Assembly: GCF_002327185.1 (NCBI RefSeq)
Contig: NZ_CP018624.1
Span: 2,032,660 to 2,056,659 of the forward strand
Reading direction: 5' to 3'
Length of the DNA: 24,000 bases
From: Clostridium chauvoei
GTDB taxonomy: Bacteria > Bacillota > Clostridia > Clostridiales > Clostridiaceae
The notes beneath the pieces were generated by a model. The model saw only the letters and a program-made list of their open reading frames with translations, did not search any database and was not told where the DNA came from. The position numbers and the translations under genes were made by a program. Positions 6,404 to 14,581 of this stretch are shown here, one piece after another. Each line of letters begins with the position of its first letter. Position 1 is the stretch's first letter.

Positions 6404-7843
6404 TTAATCGTCTATAAGATCTTTAGTTGCAGGACTTTCTATTAATCTTCCCTTATAATCAAATCTTGATCCATGACATGGACAATCCCATGTTAATTCA
6501 TCTGCATTCCAATGAAGTTGGCACCCTAAATGAGCACATTTTGTTGTTACAAAAAATGCTTTACCTTCATTGTCTTTATAAACACCAACTTTTTCTCCAT
6601 CATAATCAACAATTCCACCATGACCATTTTTAATATGTTCTATCCTATTACTTGGAATATAAACTTTTTGTGCAATAAAATTCTTTGCTGTTTGGCTTAT
6701 ATCTTTAGCTATATTATTTATTGATAATGATAAATCAAATCTTTTTGGTGAAAATATATCTGAAAAATCATTTTCTTTTTCTAATATCATATCTGATATT
6801 ATCATTGCTGCTACCATAGAATTTGTCATTCCCCATTTGTTAAATCCTGTAGCAACATATATATTAGGTGTTTCATAAGAATATTCTCCTATATATGGTA
6901 TTCCATCCATAGTCATGCAATCTTGAGCTGACCAATAATATTTTTCTTTTGAATTTGGAAATAATTCTTTTGTTACCTGCCTTAACTTATCATAGCTTCC
7001 ACCCTCTTCATTTTCACCTGTTCTTTGGGTTATTCCGCCTAATAATAACAAGTTTTTATATGTCCTAAAGGAATACCCCTCTTTATCAGCATCTATATAC
7101 ATTCCATCAATATTATTTACATTTTCTAAAGCTATAACATAAGACCTTTCTTGATGCATTCGCATAAAATAATATCCTGGTGTATTCATTATTGGATAAT
7201 GTGTTGCTACAACTATATGGTTTGCAGTTATCTCTCCCCTATTTGTAACTACTAAATTCTCTTTAATTTCTAACGCTCTAGTATTTTCATATATAATTAA
7301 ATCCTTTGAAATATCTTTTAAAAATTTTAGTGGATTAAACTGTCCTTGATTATTAAACTTAACAGCTCCTTTAATTTCAAAAGGAAGGTTAGTTTCTTTT
7401 ATAAATTCAGCCTTGATTCCTAATTTCTTAGCAGCTTCTACCTCTTCTTTAAGCTTATCTATCTCATTTAAAGAATATATATACGCTGACTTCTCTTCAA
7501 AATCACACTCTATTTTTCTTTTTTCAATAATTTCTTTATATTTTTTTATGGCTATTTCATTTGCTTTGGCATATTGCCTAGCTCCTTCTTCTCCAAATTC
7601 CAATATTAATTTGTTATAGATCAAATCATGTTGAGATGTTATCTTTGCAGTAGTATTTTTAGTGTTTCCACCTGCTATTTCATCTCCTTCAATTACAATT
7701 ACATCTTTCCCACTTTCCTTTAACATGTAAGCTATTAATACTCCTGCTATTCCTGCACCAATAACTAAAATATCAGTTTTTATGTCTCCCTTTAAAGCTT
7801 CTCTTTTTTCAAAATTACAACTTTCGCTCCATATAGATTTCAT
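6404..7843 (-). CDS. FAD-dependent oxidoreductase with C-terminal Rieske [2Fe-2S] domain (YhfW-like)
   Basis: 479-aa ORF with an N-terminal dinucleotide fold (DILVIGAGIAGVLIAY). The C-terminal Rieske motifs are CAHLGC...CPCHGS. GAGGTGA SD. Confidence 0.85.
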   Translation of the reverse strand: MKSIWSESCNFEKREALKGDIKTDILVIGAGIAGVLIAYMLKESGKDVIVIEGDEIAGGNTKNTTAKITSQHDLIYNKLILEFGEEGARQYAKANEIAIKKYKEIIEKRKIECDFEEKSAYIYSLNEIDKLKEEVEAAKKLGIKAEFIKETNLPFEIKGAVKFNNQGQFNPLKFLKDISKDLIIYENTRALEIKENLVVTNRGEITANHIVVATHYPIMNTPGYYFMRMHQERSYVIALENVNNIDGMYIDADKEGYSFRTYKNLLLLGGITQRTGENEEGGSYDKLRQVTKELFPNSKEKYYWSAQDCMTMDGIPYIGEYSYETPNIYVATGFNKWGMTNSMVAAMIISDMILEKENDFSDIFSPKRFDLSLSINNIAKDISQTAKNFIAQKVYIPSNRIEHIKNGHGGIVDYDGEKVGVYKDNEGKAFFVTTKCAHLGCQLHWNADELTWDCPCHGSRFDYKGRLIESPATKDLIDD

Positions 7844-7986
7844 AAAATCACCTCAATTTTAGTATTCCAATTTTTAAATAATATAAATAATAATTGTATG
7901 TATTTTTAATCAATTTATAAAAATCCCCCTAGAAATTTTAATAGTTTTATAGTAAAATTATAAAAAAATAATTGGAGGTATTAATT

Positions 7987-8310
7987 ATGGCTCTTGGATA
8001 TTTATTTATTTTATTCGTTGTTCTTATAGGAGTAAGTATACTTGGAATAACTTTACTTTACCTTTCAAAAAATGACAAGATAAAAAATATAGCATTTTAC
8101 GCTTTAGCTGTTTGGGCAATATTAATTGCTTTTCTTAATGCAACTAGCTTACCAACAAACTACTTTACAGAAAAAAGTATTGCATGGGCTGTTGGAATAG
8201 TTTCACTAATTGGAGTTATACTTAGGCTTAAAAACCCTAAAAAAACAATTATCCCAAATATCCTTGTAACAGCTTCAATAATATTTGGATTATACACTTT
8301 AATATTTTAA
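7987..8310 (+). CDS. Hypothetical small membrane protein (3-4 TM)
   Basis: The track ORF starts at TTG 7972, which overlaps the SD itself. ATG 7987 lies 8 nt after GGAGG (7974-7978) and is the better start. Confidence 0.55.
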   Translation: MALGYLFILFVVLIGVSILGITLLYLSKNDKIKNIAFYALAVWAILIAFLNATSLPTNYFTEKSIAWAVGIVSLIGVILRLKNPKKTIIPNILVTASIIFGLYTLIF

Positions 8311-8327
8311 ATTTAATTTATAAAAAT

Positions 8328-8367
8328 AAGCTATTGTTTCACATTACCAGATGCGAAATAATAGCTT
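8328..8367. terminator. Bidirectional terminator between convergent genes
   Basis: AAGCTATTGTTTC pairs with GAAATAATAGCTT (13 bp, one G-U). The minus-strand tail is ATTTTTAT and the plus-strand tail is TTTAACC. Confidence 0.55.
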
Positions 8368-8450
8368 TTAACCATTTAATTTATATATAATTAAACCATT
8401 CTCCTTTCATTTTGATATATTCGATTAAAAATAAATATCATTAAAATATT

Positions 8451-8933
8451 TTATGGCTTTTTATCATGTATAATTATTTGTTTATTTCCCTTTAAGTATA
8501 TAATTATTTCTTCTTTTGTAATTTGTATTTCTGCCCCCATCATTCCGTAAATAAATCCTATAATCGCTATTGTTACTATAAAAATCATAAGCAGTATATT
8601 ATGCTTTAAGTTTATGTGTGTAAAACCATTTATGTTAATTATCATAATAAAATACATAATGAAACAATATAAAAATATATCTAAAAATATAGATATAAAG
8701 TAGTCTAGTTTTGGATTGATAGATAAACACTCTACTTTTGGCAATCTCATTTTTTTATACTTCATAGTAACTTTTTCTATAAATATTTTTAAAATATACT
8801 TATTTATAAAAACTTGTCCCACTATTGATATAACCTTTACTATCATATTAGCTTTTGAAAATATTAATGTTAATATTGCAGTACATAAAGTTAGTAAAAT
8901 ATATGAATATTTTTTAATAAATTCTTTGTTCAT
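8451..8933 (-). CDS. Hypothetical polytopic membrane protein
   Basis: 160-aa ORF. SD is AAGGATG, about 9 nt upstream of the ATG. No family recognised. Confidence 0.55.
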   Translation of the reverse strand: MNKEFIKKYSYILLTLCTAILTLIFSKANMIVKVISIVGQVFINKYILKIFIEKVTMKYKKMRLPKVECLSINPKLDYFISIFLDIFLYCFIMYFIMIININGFTHINLKHNILLMIFIVTIAIIGFIYGMMGAEIQITKEEIIIYLKGNKQIIIHDKKP

Positions 8934-9041
8934 TATGTCACATCCTTAATTGCTATTTTATATTTTTTATATCTTAATTATATACCAAGAAAATTAAGTA
9001 GAAACTATATTTTCCATAAATACCTTTACAAATTAACTTTT

Positions 9042-9854
9042 ATGAAGAAAAATAATGTATTACTAGATGTTTATGCTAATTCTCTACCTAAAACAATTAT
9101 TTTTGCTTTAGGAGGAATTTTATTATTAGTTCTTATGCTAAAAATAGATTATAGAAATTTAAAGAAGTACTGTAAATTTATTTATATATCAACAATAATT
9201 ATTTCTTTGATAACAATATTCTTCTCATCTCATATAAATGGTGCTATTGGATGGGTAATTATTGGACCTATATCTTTTAATATTTTTACTATAGCTCCTT
9301 TTTTCTTAATAATTTCTCTAGCTGGGATTTTTGAAAATTGGAATTGGAATAATAAAAAATATTTATGTATAGGATTATTACTAGCTCTTTTACCCAGTTT
9401 GATTTTTATACTTGAAGCTTCATTATCTAATGCAACAATATATTTAATTGCAGCTATAACAGTAATGTTTATTTCTGGAGTAAAGTTAAAACATATAATT
9501 ATTTCATTTTCACCTTTAGTTATATTCCTTACAGGATTTTTTCTTTCTGCTCCCTATAGAATTAACAGGTTATTAGGCTTTCTTAATCCATATAATGACC
9601 CTGAAGGTAGTGGCTGGATTTATATTAAGCTAAATGATTTAAGAAATTCTGCTGGATTATTTGGAAATGGTGCAATATTTGCAGCTCAATTCCTATTAAA
9701 TATATTAATGAATTTCTCTGCTTCACCTATAACAGGTGTAGGACTTCCTTTTATAAGTTATGGAGGAAGCAGCTTATTAATTAACATTTTTGCTATTGCA
9801 ATAATAAGTAATGTTTATAAATGGAGAAATACTCCTTTTTCATCAATAAATTAA
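9042..9854 (+). CDS. Degenerate/truncated SEDS-family (FtsW/RodA/SpoVE) protein; possible pseudogene
   Basis: The C-terminal signature PITGVGLPFISYGGSSLL and the upstream NPYNDPEGSGW...SAGLFGNGA match SEDS blocks. The ORF is only 270 aa versus about 370-400 aa typical. The block between GxGxG and the last TM pair, which normally carries PE.HTDFIF, is missing. No SD precedes the ATG. Confidence 0.6.
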   Translation: MKKNNVLLDVYANSLPKTIIFALGGILLLVLMLKIDYRNLKKYCKFIYISTIIISLITIFFSSHINGAIGWVIIGPISFNIFTIAPFFLIISLAGIFENWNWNNKKYLCIGLLLALLPSLIFILEASLSNATIYLIAAITVMFISGVKLKHIIISFSPLVIFLTGFFLSAPYRINRLLGFLNPYNDPEGSGWIYIKLNDLRNSAGLFGNGAIFAAQFLLNILMNFSASPITGVGLPFISYGGSSLLINIFAIAIISNVYKWRNTPFSSIN

Positions 9855-9862
9855 GTAATTTA

Positions 9863-9890
9863 AAAGGGATATCAAAATAGATATCCCCTT
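9863..9890. terminator. Bidirectional terminator
   Basis: AAGGGATATC-AAAATA-GATATCCCCTT, with T-rich tails on both strands, between convergent genes. Confidence 0.6.
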
Positions 9891-9954
9891 TGTTATTCTT
9901 TAACCTTCAATAAATTTATTAATCTCATCTAAGTTCCAGTTTTAAATTCTAATT

Positions 9955-10557
9955 TCACATAATTATCCAAACTATAAAAGGAATATACATTAACAAGCAT
10001 AGTACCCTTTGCCATAATCCCCCAAGTGAAAATAGACTATCTTTAAACTTTGGTTTATTCCCTATAGCAAAAAATATAAAGGATATTAAACTTAAAATAA
10101 AAAATATAAATGAAATCCAACCTAATACTATATCCCCAGAATTAAATCCTAAAATTGCAAGAAATAGATTTGAAAATTGAAGTGCTACAAACCCAATAGC
10201 TGATCCTATTCTATGTGTCTTAGACGAAACTGTAACATCTTCTTTTTTCTCATTTAGAGGAAAAAGACCTGAAATTATCTCATCTCCAAATCCATATATT
10301 GAAAGTAACAAAAATATAGTTATTGCCACTCCAAAATTTATATTTTCATAATATAAAAATATTCTATATCCAAAGAAAGGAAAAATAACTCCTGAAGCTA
10401 TCATCCATAAATTATAAATAATTCCCCAAGGACTATTTTCACATCCTAAAACACTCATAACTTGATTAGTATGACTATATCCTTTATAAGGAATAGCTAT
10501 AACAAACGGTATGACTAAATCTATTACCATAACACCTAAAAATAACATATCTTTCAA
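9955..10557 (-). CDS. Polytopic membrane protein, DUF998-like
   Basis: 200-aa ORF with about 6 TM helices. SVLGCENSPWGIIYNLWMIASGV resembles the DUF998 ..S.LG....P....N......G motif. TTG start 7 nt after GGGAGGAG. Family assigned from memory only. Confidence 0.5.
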   Translation of the reverse strand: MKDMLFLGVMVIDLVIPFVIAIPYKGYSHTNQVMSVLGCENSPWGIIYNLWMIASGVIFPFFGYRIFLYYENINFGVAITIFLLLSIYGFGDEIISGLFPLNEKKEDVTVSSKTHRIGSAIGFVALQFSNLFLAILGFNSGDIVLGWISFIFFILSLISFIFFAIGNKPKFKDSLFSLGGLWQRVLCLLMYIPFIVWIIM

Positions 10558-10604
10558 AACAATTCTCCTCCCAACAATACCCTCTCCATACTACTTAAAA
10601 CATT

Positions 10605-10631
10605 AGAGAATATCATAAACTTATATTCTCT
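10605..10631 (-). terminator. Hairpin after the response-regulator gene (weak terminator)
   Basis: Perfect 9-bp stem AGAGAATAT/ATATTCTCT. The minus-strand tail AATGTTTTAAG has only a short T-run, so read-through into the DUF998-like gene is plausible. Confidence 0.35.
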
Positions 10632-10642
10632 AAACACTTGTC

Positions 10643-11341
10643 CTACAAAATTTCACTACGTAAATTACTTTTATATTTTCTACCAATTGGTATAACCTCT
10701 CTATTACTTAATACTAATTCTATATTTTTAAATTCTCTTATTTTTGCAATATTAACTATATAACTTCTATGACATCTTTCAAAACCCTTATTACTTAAAG
10801 CTTTTTCTATATTATCTATTTTCTCATAAAACTCAAAGTAATTATCCTCAGTATATAAAATAACTTTTCCTTGCCTTGCTTCAAAATAGAATATATCTTT
10901 TAGTTTAAAAACTATAGTCTTTCCACTTCTAGTAACCTTATAGCTATCCATTAATTCTTTATTTAATTCTTCAATAGCTCTAAAGAAATTGTTTTCTATT
11001 TTTTCTTCCATTGCTGGCTTTATCATATAAGACATAGCTGATACCTCATATCCCTCTAAGGCGTACTTTTTGCTATTACTTAAAAAAATTATTTTAACAG
11101 TTTTATCCTTCTTTCTAATTTCTTTTGCAACCTTTAATCCATTAATTCCCTCTAAAATTACATCTAGAAAAATAATATCATATGAAATATCCCCATTTAA
11201 ATAAGAATCTACTAATTCTTCTCCCTCATCAAATTTATCTATAATAATTCCGATATTATTCTTTAAACATATTTTCCCCAATATATTCTTAAGTAAATTT
11301 ACATCCTCTTTATTATTATCACAAATAGCCACTTTCACCAT
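10643..11341 (-). CDS. LytR/AlgR-family response regulator (receiver + LytTR DNA-binding domain)
   Basis: The receiver domain reads MVKVAICDNN...DIIFLDVILEGINGL...IIFLSN...YMIKP. The LytTR domain reads IFYFEARQGKVILYTEDN...FERCHRSYIVNIAKI. I start the gene at ATG 11341, with SD AAGGATGG 8 nt upstream, rather than at the track start 11389. Confidence 0.85.
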   Translation of the reverse strand: MVKVAICDNNKEDVNLLKNILGKICLKNNIGIIIDKFDEGEELVDSYLNGDISYDIIFLDVILEGINGLKVAKEIRKKDKTVKIIFLSNSKKYALEGYEVSAMSYMIKPAMEEKIENNFFRAIEELNKELMDSYKVTRSGKTIVFKLKDIFYFEARQGKVILYTEDNYFEFYEKIDNIEKALSNKGFERCHRSYIVNIAKIREFKNIELVLSNREVIPIGRKYKSNLRSEIL

Positions 11342-11410
11342 ACATTTTCCATCCTTAACCCGTATATAACTTAATATTTCCTCAAACAATTTATAATATT
11401 AATGTTAAAT

Positions 11411-11456
11411 AAAAAAAAGCCAACTAAAGCATATCATAAACATACTTTAATTGACT
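11411..11456 (-). terminator. mprF terminator
   Basis: Minus strand AGTCAATTAAAGTAT pairs with ATGCTTTAGTTGGCT (15 bp including 3 G-U) and is followed by TTTTTTTT (11418..11411). Confidence 0.7.
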
Positions 11457-11552
11457 CTAAAATCTAAAAATCTTATTTAAAATAATCTATATATGCATTA
11501 AATTAATATTTATATCAATTATTATAATATAGGTTATTGTAAATATCTTCAA

Positions 11553-14087
11553 CTATCTATCTGTATTTAATTTTTTACTACAAAGAAGTATTACTTGTAA
11601 CATTGTAAATGGAAGGGAACTATTTCTTCTATAAGCTAAATATTTTGGTACCCATTGTTTAGTGTACTTCTCTTTAAAGTTTCTAATCCCTATAAAGGAG
11701 TAAAAGTTTTGACCATATATTGATAATTGAGCTGCTATACGTTCACTAACAAAGGAATATCTTGATGTCCCTACGTTAGCTAAAGGTGCCATTCCTATAT
11801 TGAAATTCTTATAGCCTTCTTGCTTTCCATACTCTATGATATTTAAAATCATAAAATCCATAGTGCCTACTATAGCATCATTAGAATATCTCATTAAATC
11901 TATAGATAAACTTCTCTCATTATCATACATAGGCATCATATTTGCAAAACATTTTATTTTATTATTTTCATCTCTAACTATAAATAGTCTATCTAAATTT
12001 AAATAATCCTCATCAAAGAATCCCATCGAAAAGCCTTTTTCTTTTTTTCCATCAAGCCATTCTTCTGATACTTCTTTAAGTTCTTCTATTAGCTCTTCTG
12101 AAAACTTTGGTTTAACTACTTCAAATGTATAACCTGCTTTAGCTATCTTATTGTAACCTGCTCTTAATCCTCTTGTTTTCTTACCTGCTATTGAGAAATT
12201 AGTCAAATCAACTATTCCCTCTTCTCCAAGCTTCATAAATTGATATCCATATTGATGTAATGTTGGAATCATCTTTTGATCTATTTGATAAAATATAGGT
12301 GTATAACCATATCTATCTGCTAAATTATAAAACTCGTCTATTGCTGATATAAATTCAAGCTTATTTCCTGCTGGATTTCCTAAAACTATAAGCTTATCTG
12401 CATATCTTTGATATTGAATTAAAACTGTTTTATTTTCATTTATAAAAACATACTTATCATCTAAATATAATAAATGAGTTAATGATGTTCCTTTATAATT
12501 TTCTAAAATTTCAGCTACTACTTCCTTATTATCACCAAAGGTTTCAAAGGGATATTTTTTATATTTACCAATCAAATATACAAATGCTATAAATACTATA
12601 GATAAAATAAAACCTACTAAACTACTTAAAAGTAAATAATTATAATTGTATTCAAGTACAGCTCTTACATAAGTACTTATTTTCTTAAACTTAAATGGAA
12701 ATCTTGGAAAATATATTACTAAATAAAAGATAAAAAATCCAAATAAGAAAATCACATCTTGCACTAATCTTTCCCAAGAGAATACAAAGCTTTCTCTATA
12801 GAAATTCTTTTTACTAAACCATAAAAATATCATAACAAATACTAAAAATCCAATTTGCCAAGGTGAAGAATGTTCTATTAATGAACTAGCTAAAGCACAT
12901 CCTAGTAAAATAATAACTACCTTAAAAATATCTTTTGATTTATAAGCAAGCATTCTTGAAATTGCTATTAATAAAAATCCCATTATTATTTCTGTAGTTA
13001 ATGATATATTACTTGCTGGTTCTAGCATCTTATATATATGTCTAAAGGTTTCCCTCATTTCTGGTAATGCTCTAAAAAGTAAAATCATAATTCCTGTTAA
13101 GAATATTAATATTGCTGAAATACTATATGAAATATGTGATGATATTGATGAAAATATATTGTTATATTTTTTATCTATAACAGTTTTACCTTCATGTATA
13201 GCAAGAACTACACCTATTAGAACTGGGAATATGTAATAGCTTACACGATATAAAACTAGTGCTAATAATGCTTGTTCTTTTGCAACCCCAAAAGCACCAA
13301 GTCCCATTATAAAAGTTAAATCGAAAGTTCCAAGGCCACCTGGTATCATACTTATTATACCTACTGCACATGAAGTTACGTATATTGGGAATATATGTGT
13401 AAATGTTACTTTAGTCCCTAAAATTCTAATTATAGAATAAATTAAAATTACTGAAGTTATCCATTCTATAACGGATATACCCATTATTTTAAGAGTATTT
13501 ATTGCTTCACTCTTCTTTTCTGTCTTAAAATATCTATATAAATTATAGATTATAAGAGTTGGTGTATATAAAGCTATTATGCACATAGCTATTTCAATTA
13601 TGTTATACTCTCTCATACGCCAAATATTAGAAATTGAATATAAAAAACATACCATTGAGAAACCAGTAAAGTTTAATGCAACTATTTTTGTTACTTCTTT
13701 TACTAAACTTTTCTTATCATCTCTATTTATATGTGGTGAATAAAAATATCCCTTTAGAGCTATTGCAGACGTACCACCAAATCCTACAATACTTGCAATT
13801 GAACTTGCTATCCAAGAGTACTTATAAAGTCTTTTGTTACTTAAATCTATTTTACAAACATCCTTTAAAACAAAATCATACATTGATAAAGGTATGTATG
13901 AAACTAGCCCTAAAATTCCTATTACTATTAAATTCAAAATAGTCAATCTATCTTTATATATATTAAAAGTTCTAAAATCAAAGGTCTTAAATAGTTTTGT
14001 AAACTCCATAGAAATCAAAATAAAAATTGCAGTAATAAATAATATTTTTAAACCCAGCATTATCCTATCCTTTAATTTTCTATCCAT
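11553..14087 (-). CDS. mprF: MprF-family aminoacyl-phosphatidylglycerol synthase/flippase
   Basis: 844-aa ORF. It has an N-terminal flippase-type domain of roughly 14 TM helices and a C-terminal soluble synthase domain (DUF2156/LPG_synthase_C-like: ...YGYQFMKLGEE...KTRGLR...FNIGMAPL). GGAGG SD. Lys versus Ala specificity cannot be judged by eye. Confidence 0.9.
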   Translation of the reverse strand: MDRKLKDRIMLGLKILFITAIFILISMEFTKLFKTFDFRTFNIYKDRLTILNLIVIGILGLVSYIPLSMYDFVLKDVCKIDLSNKRLYKYSWIASSIASIVGFGGTSAIALKGYFYSPHINRDDKKSLVKEVTKIVALNFTGFSMVCFLYSISNIWRMREYNIIEIAMCIIALYTPTLIIYNLYRYFKTEKKSEAINTLKIMGISVIEWITSVILIYSIIRILGTKVTFTHIFPIYVTSCAVGIISMIPGGLGTFDLTFIMGLGAFGVAKEQALLALVLYRVSYYIFPVLIGVVLAIHEGKTVIDKKYNNIFSSISSHISYSISAILIFLTGIMILLFRALPEMRETFRHIYKMLEPASNISLTTEIIMGFLLIAISRMLAYKSKDIFKVVIILLGCALASSLIEHSSPWQIGFLVFVMIFLWFSKKNFYRESFVFSWERLVQDVIFLFGFFIFYLVIYFPRFPFKFKKISTYVRAVLEYNYNYLLLSSLVGFILSIVFIAFVYLIGKYKKYPFETFGDNKEVVAEILENYKGTSLTHLLYLDDKYVFINENKTVLIQYQRYADKLIVLGNPAGNKLEFISAIDEFYNLADRYGYTPIFYQIDQKMIPTLHQYGYQFMKLGEEGIVDLTNFSIAGKKTRGLRAGYNKIAKAGYTFEVVKPKFSEELIEELKEVSEEWLDGKKEKGFSMGFFDEDYLNLDRLFIVRDENNKIKCFANMMPMYDNERSLSIDLMRYSNDAIVGTMDFMILNIIEYGKQEGYKNFNIGMAPLANVGTSRYSFVSERIAAQLSIYGQNFYSFIGIRNFKEKYTKQWVPKYLAYRRNSSLPFTMLQVILLCSKKLNTDR

Positions 14088-14251
14088 GCTTATCTCTTAC
14101 CTCCGCTTAAATTTGTTTACATCTTATTAATTGTTTATTCATCACTCAAATAATAATATCTCATTTAAATAATTAAAATAATTCCATAAAACTATAAAAA
14201 AGATTACTTAAAGTACTGCTCTAGGCAGATATTTTCTGTAATCCCTTGTTT

Positions 14252-14280
14252 ATTATATATCACTTATTGTCTTTATTCAA
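14252..14280 (-). promoter_or_regulatory. mprF promoter
   Basis: Minus strand reads TTGAAT (14280..14275), a 17-nt spacer, then TATAAT (14257..14252). This implies a 5' UTR of roughly 160 nt. Confidence 0.6.
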
Positions 14281-14581
14281 AAGAATCCACTATTATTATG
14301 ATTTTTTTAAGATTTTATTAAGATATTCATAACTTTTTAAGATTTATATATTATTACAAAAATCGCCTCTTACCATACTTATATTTTATTTTAATTAAAT
14401 TTTACTTTACATAATTACTTATAATTAAGTTTTATGATAAAACTTAATAAAAAATTCAAAATATATAGACTATTTCCCCTTTAAATCTATCTTTTTTTAC
14501 TGTAATATATTGTAATATATTCTTATTATTTATCAACTTGTATTTCTTTAATATTAAAAATCGAAGGAAGGTTTGTATTTT

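Noticed and set aside
6427-7619. Plus-strand ORFs 6427-6633, 6530-6724 and 7413-7619 inside the FAD/Rieske gene
   Set aside because: These are shadow ORFs antisense to a gene with clear cofactor motifs. They have no ribosome-binding sites.
8716-8949. Plus-strand 77-aa ORF overlapping the 160-aa membrane-protein gene
   Set aside because: The minus-strand ORF is longer and has a proper SD (AAGGATG). The plus-strand ORF has none and looks like a shadow frame. Neither has recognisable homology, so this call is less certain than the others.
11342-11389. Upstream extension of the response-regulator ORF (track start at 11389, MFEEILSYIRVKDGKC...)
   Set aside because: The extension contains the SD (AAGGATGG) that serves ATG 11341. 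Receiver domains normally begin right at MxKVxICDD-like sequence, so the extension is probably untranslated.
13676-14130. Plus-strand ORFs 13676-13942 and 13834-14130 inside mprF
   Set aside because: They are antisense to the conserved MprF N-terminal domain and have shadow-frame composition.
14304-14345. 12-nt direct repeat TTTTTAAGATTT at 14304-14315 and 14334-14345
   Set aside because: It is a low-complexity A/T 12-mer. A rough estimate suggests a match of this length within a 500-nt AT-rich intergenic region is expected by chance about once. It has no positional relation to a promoter.
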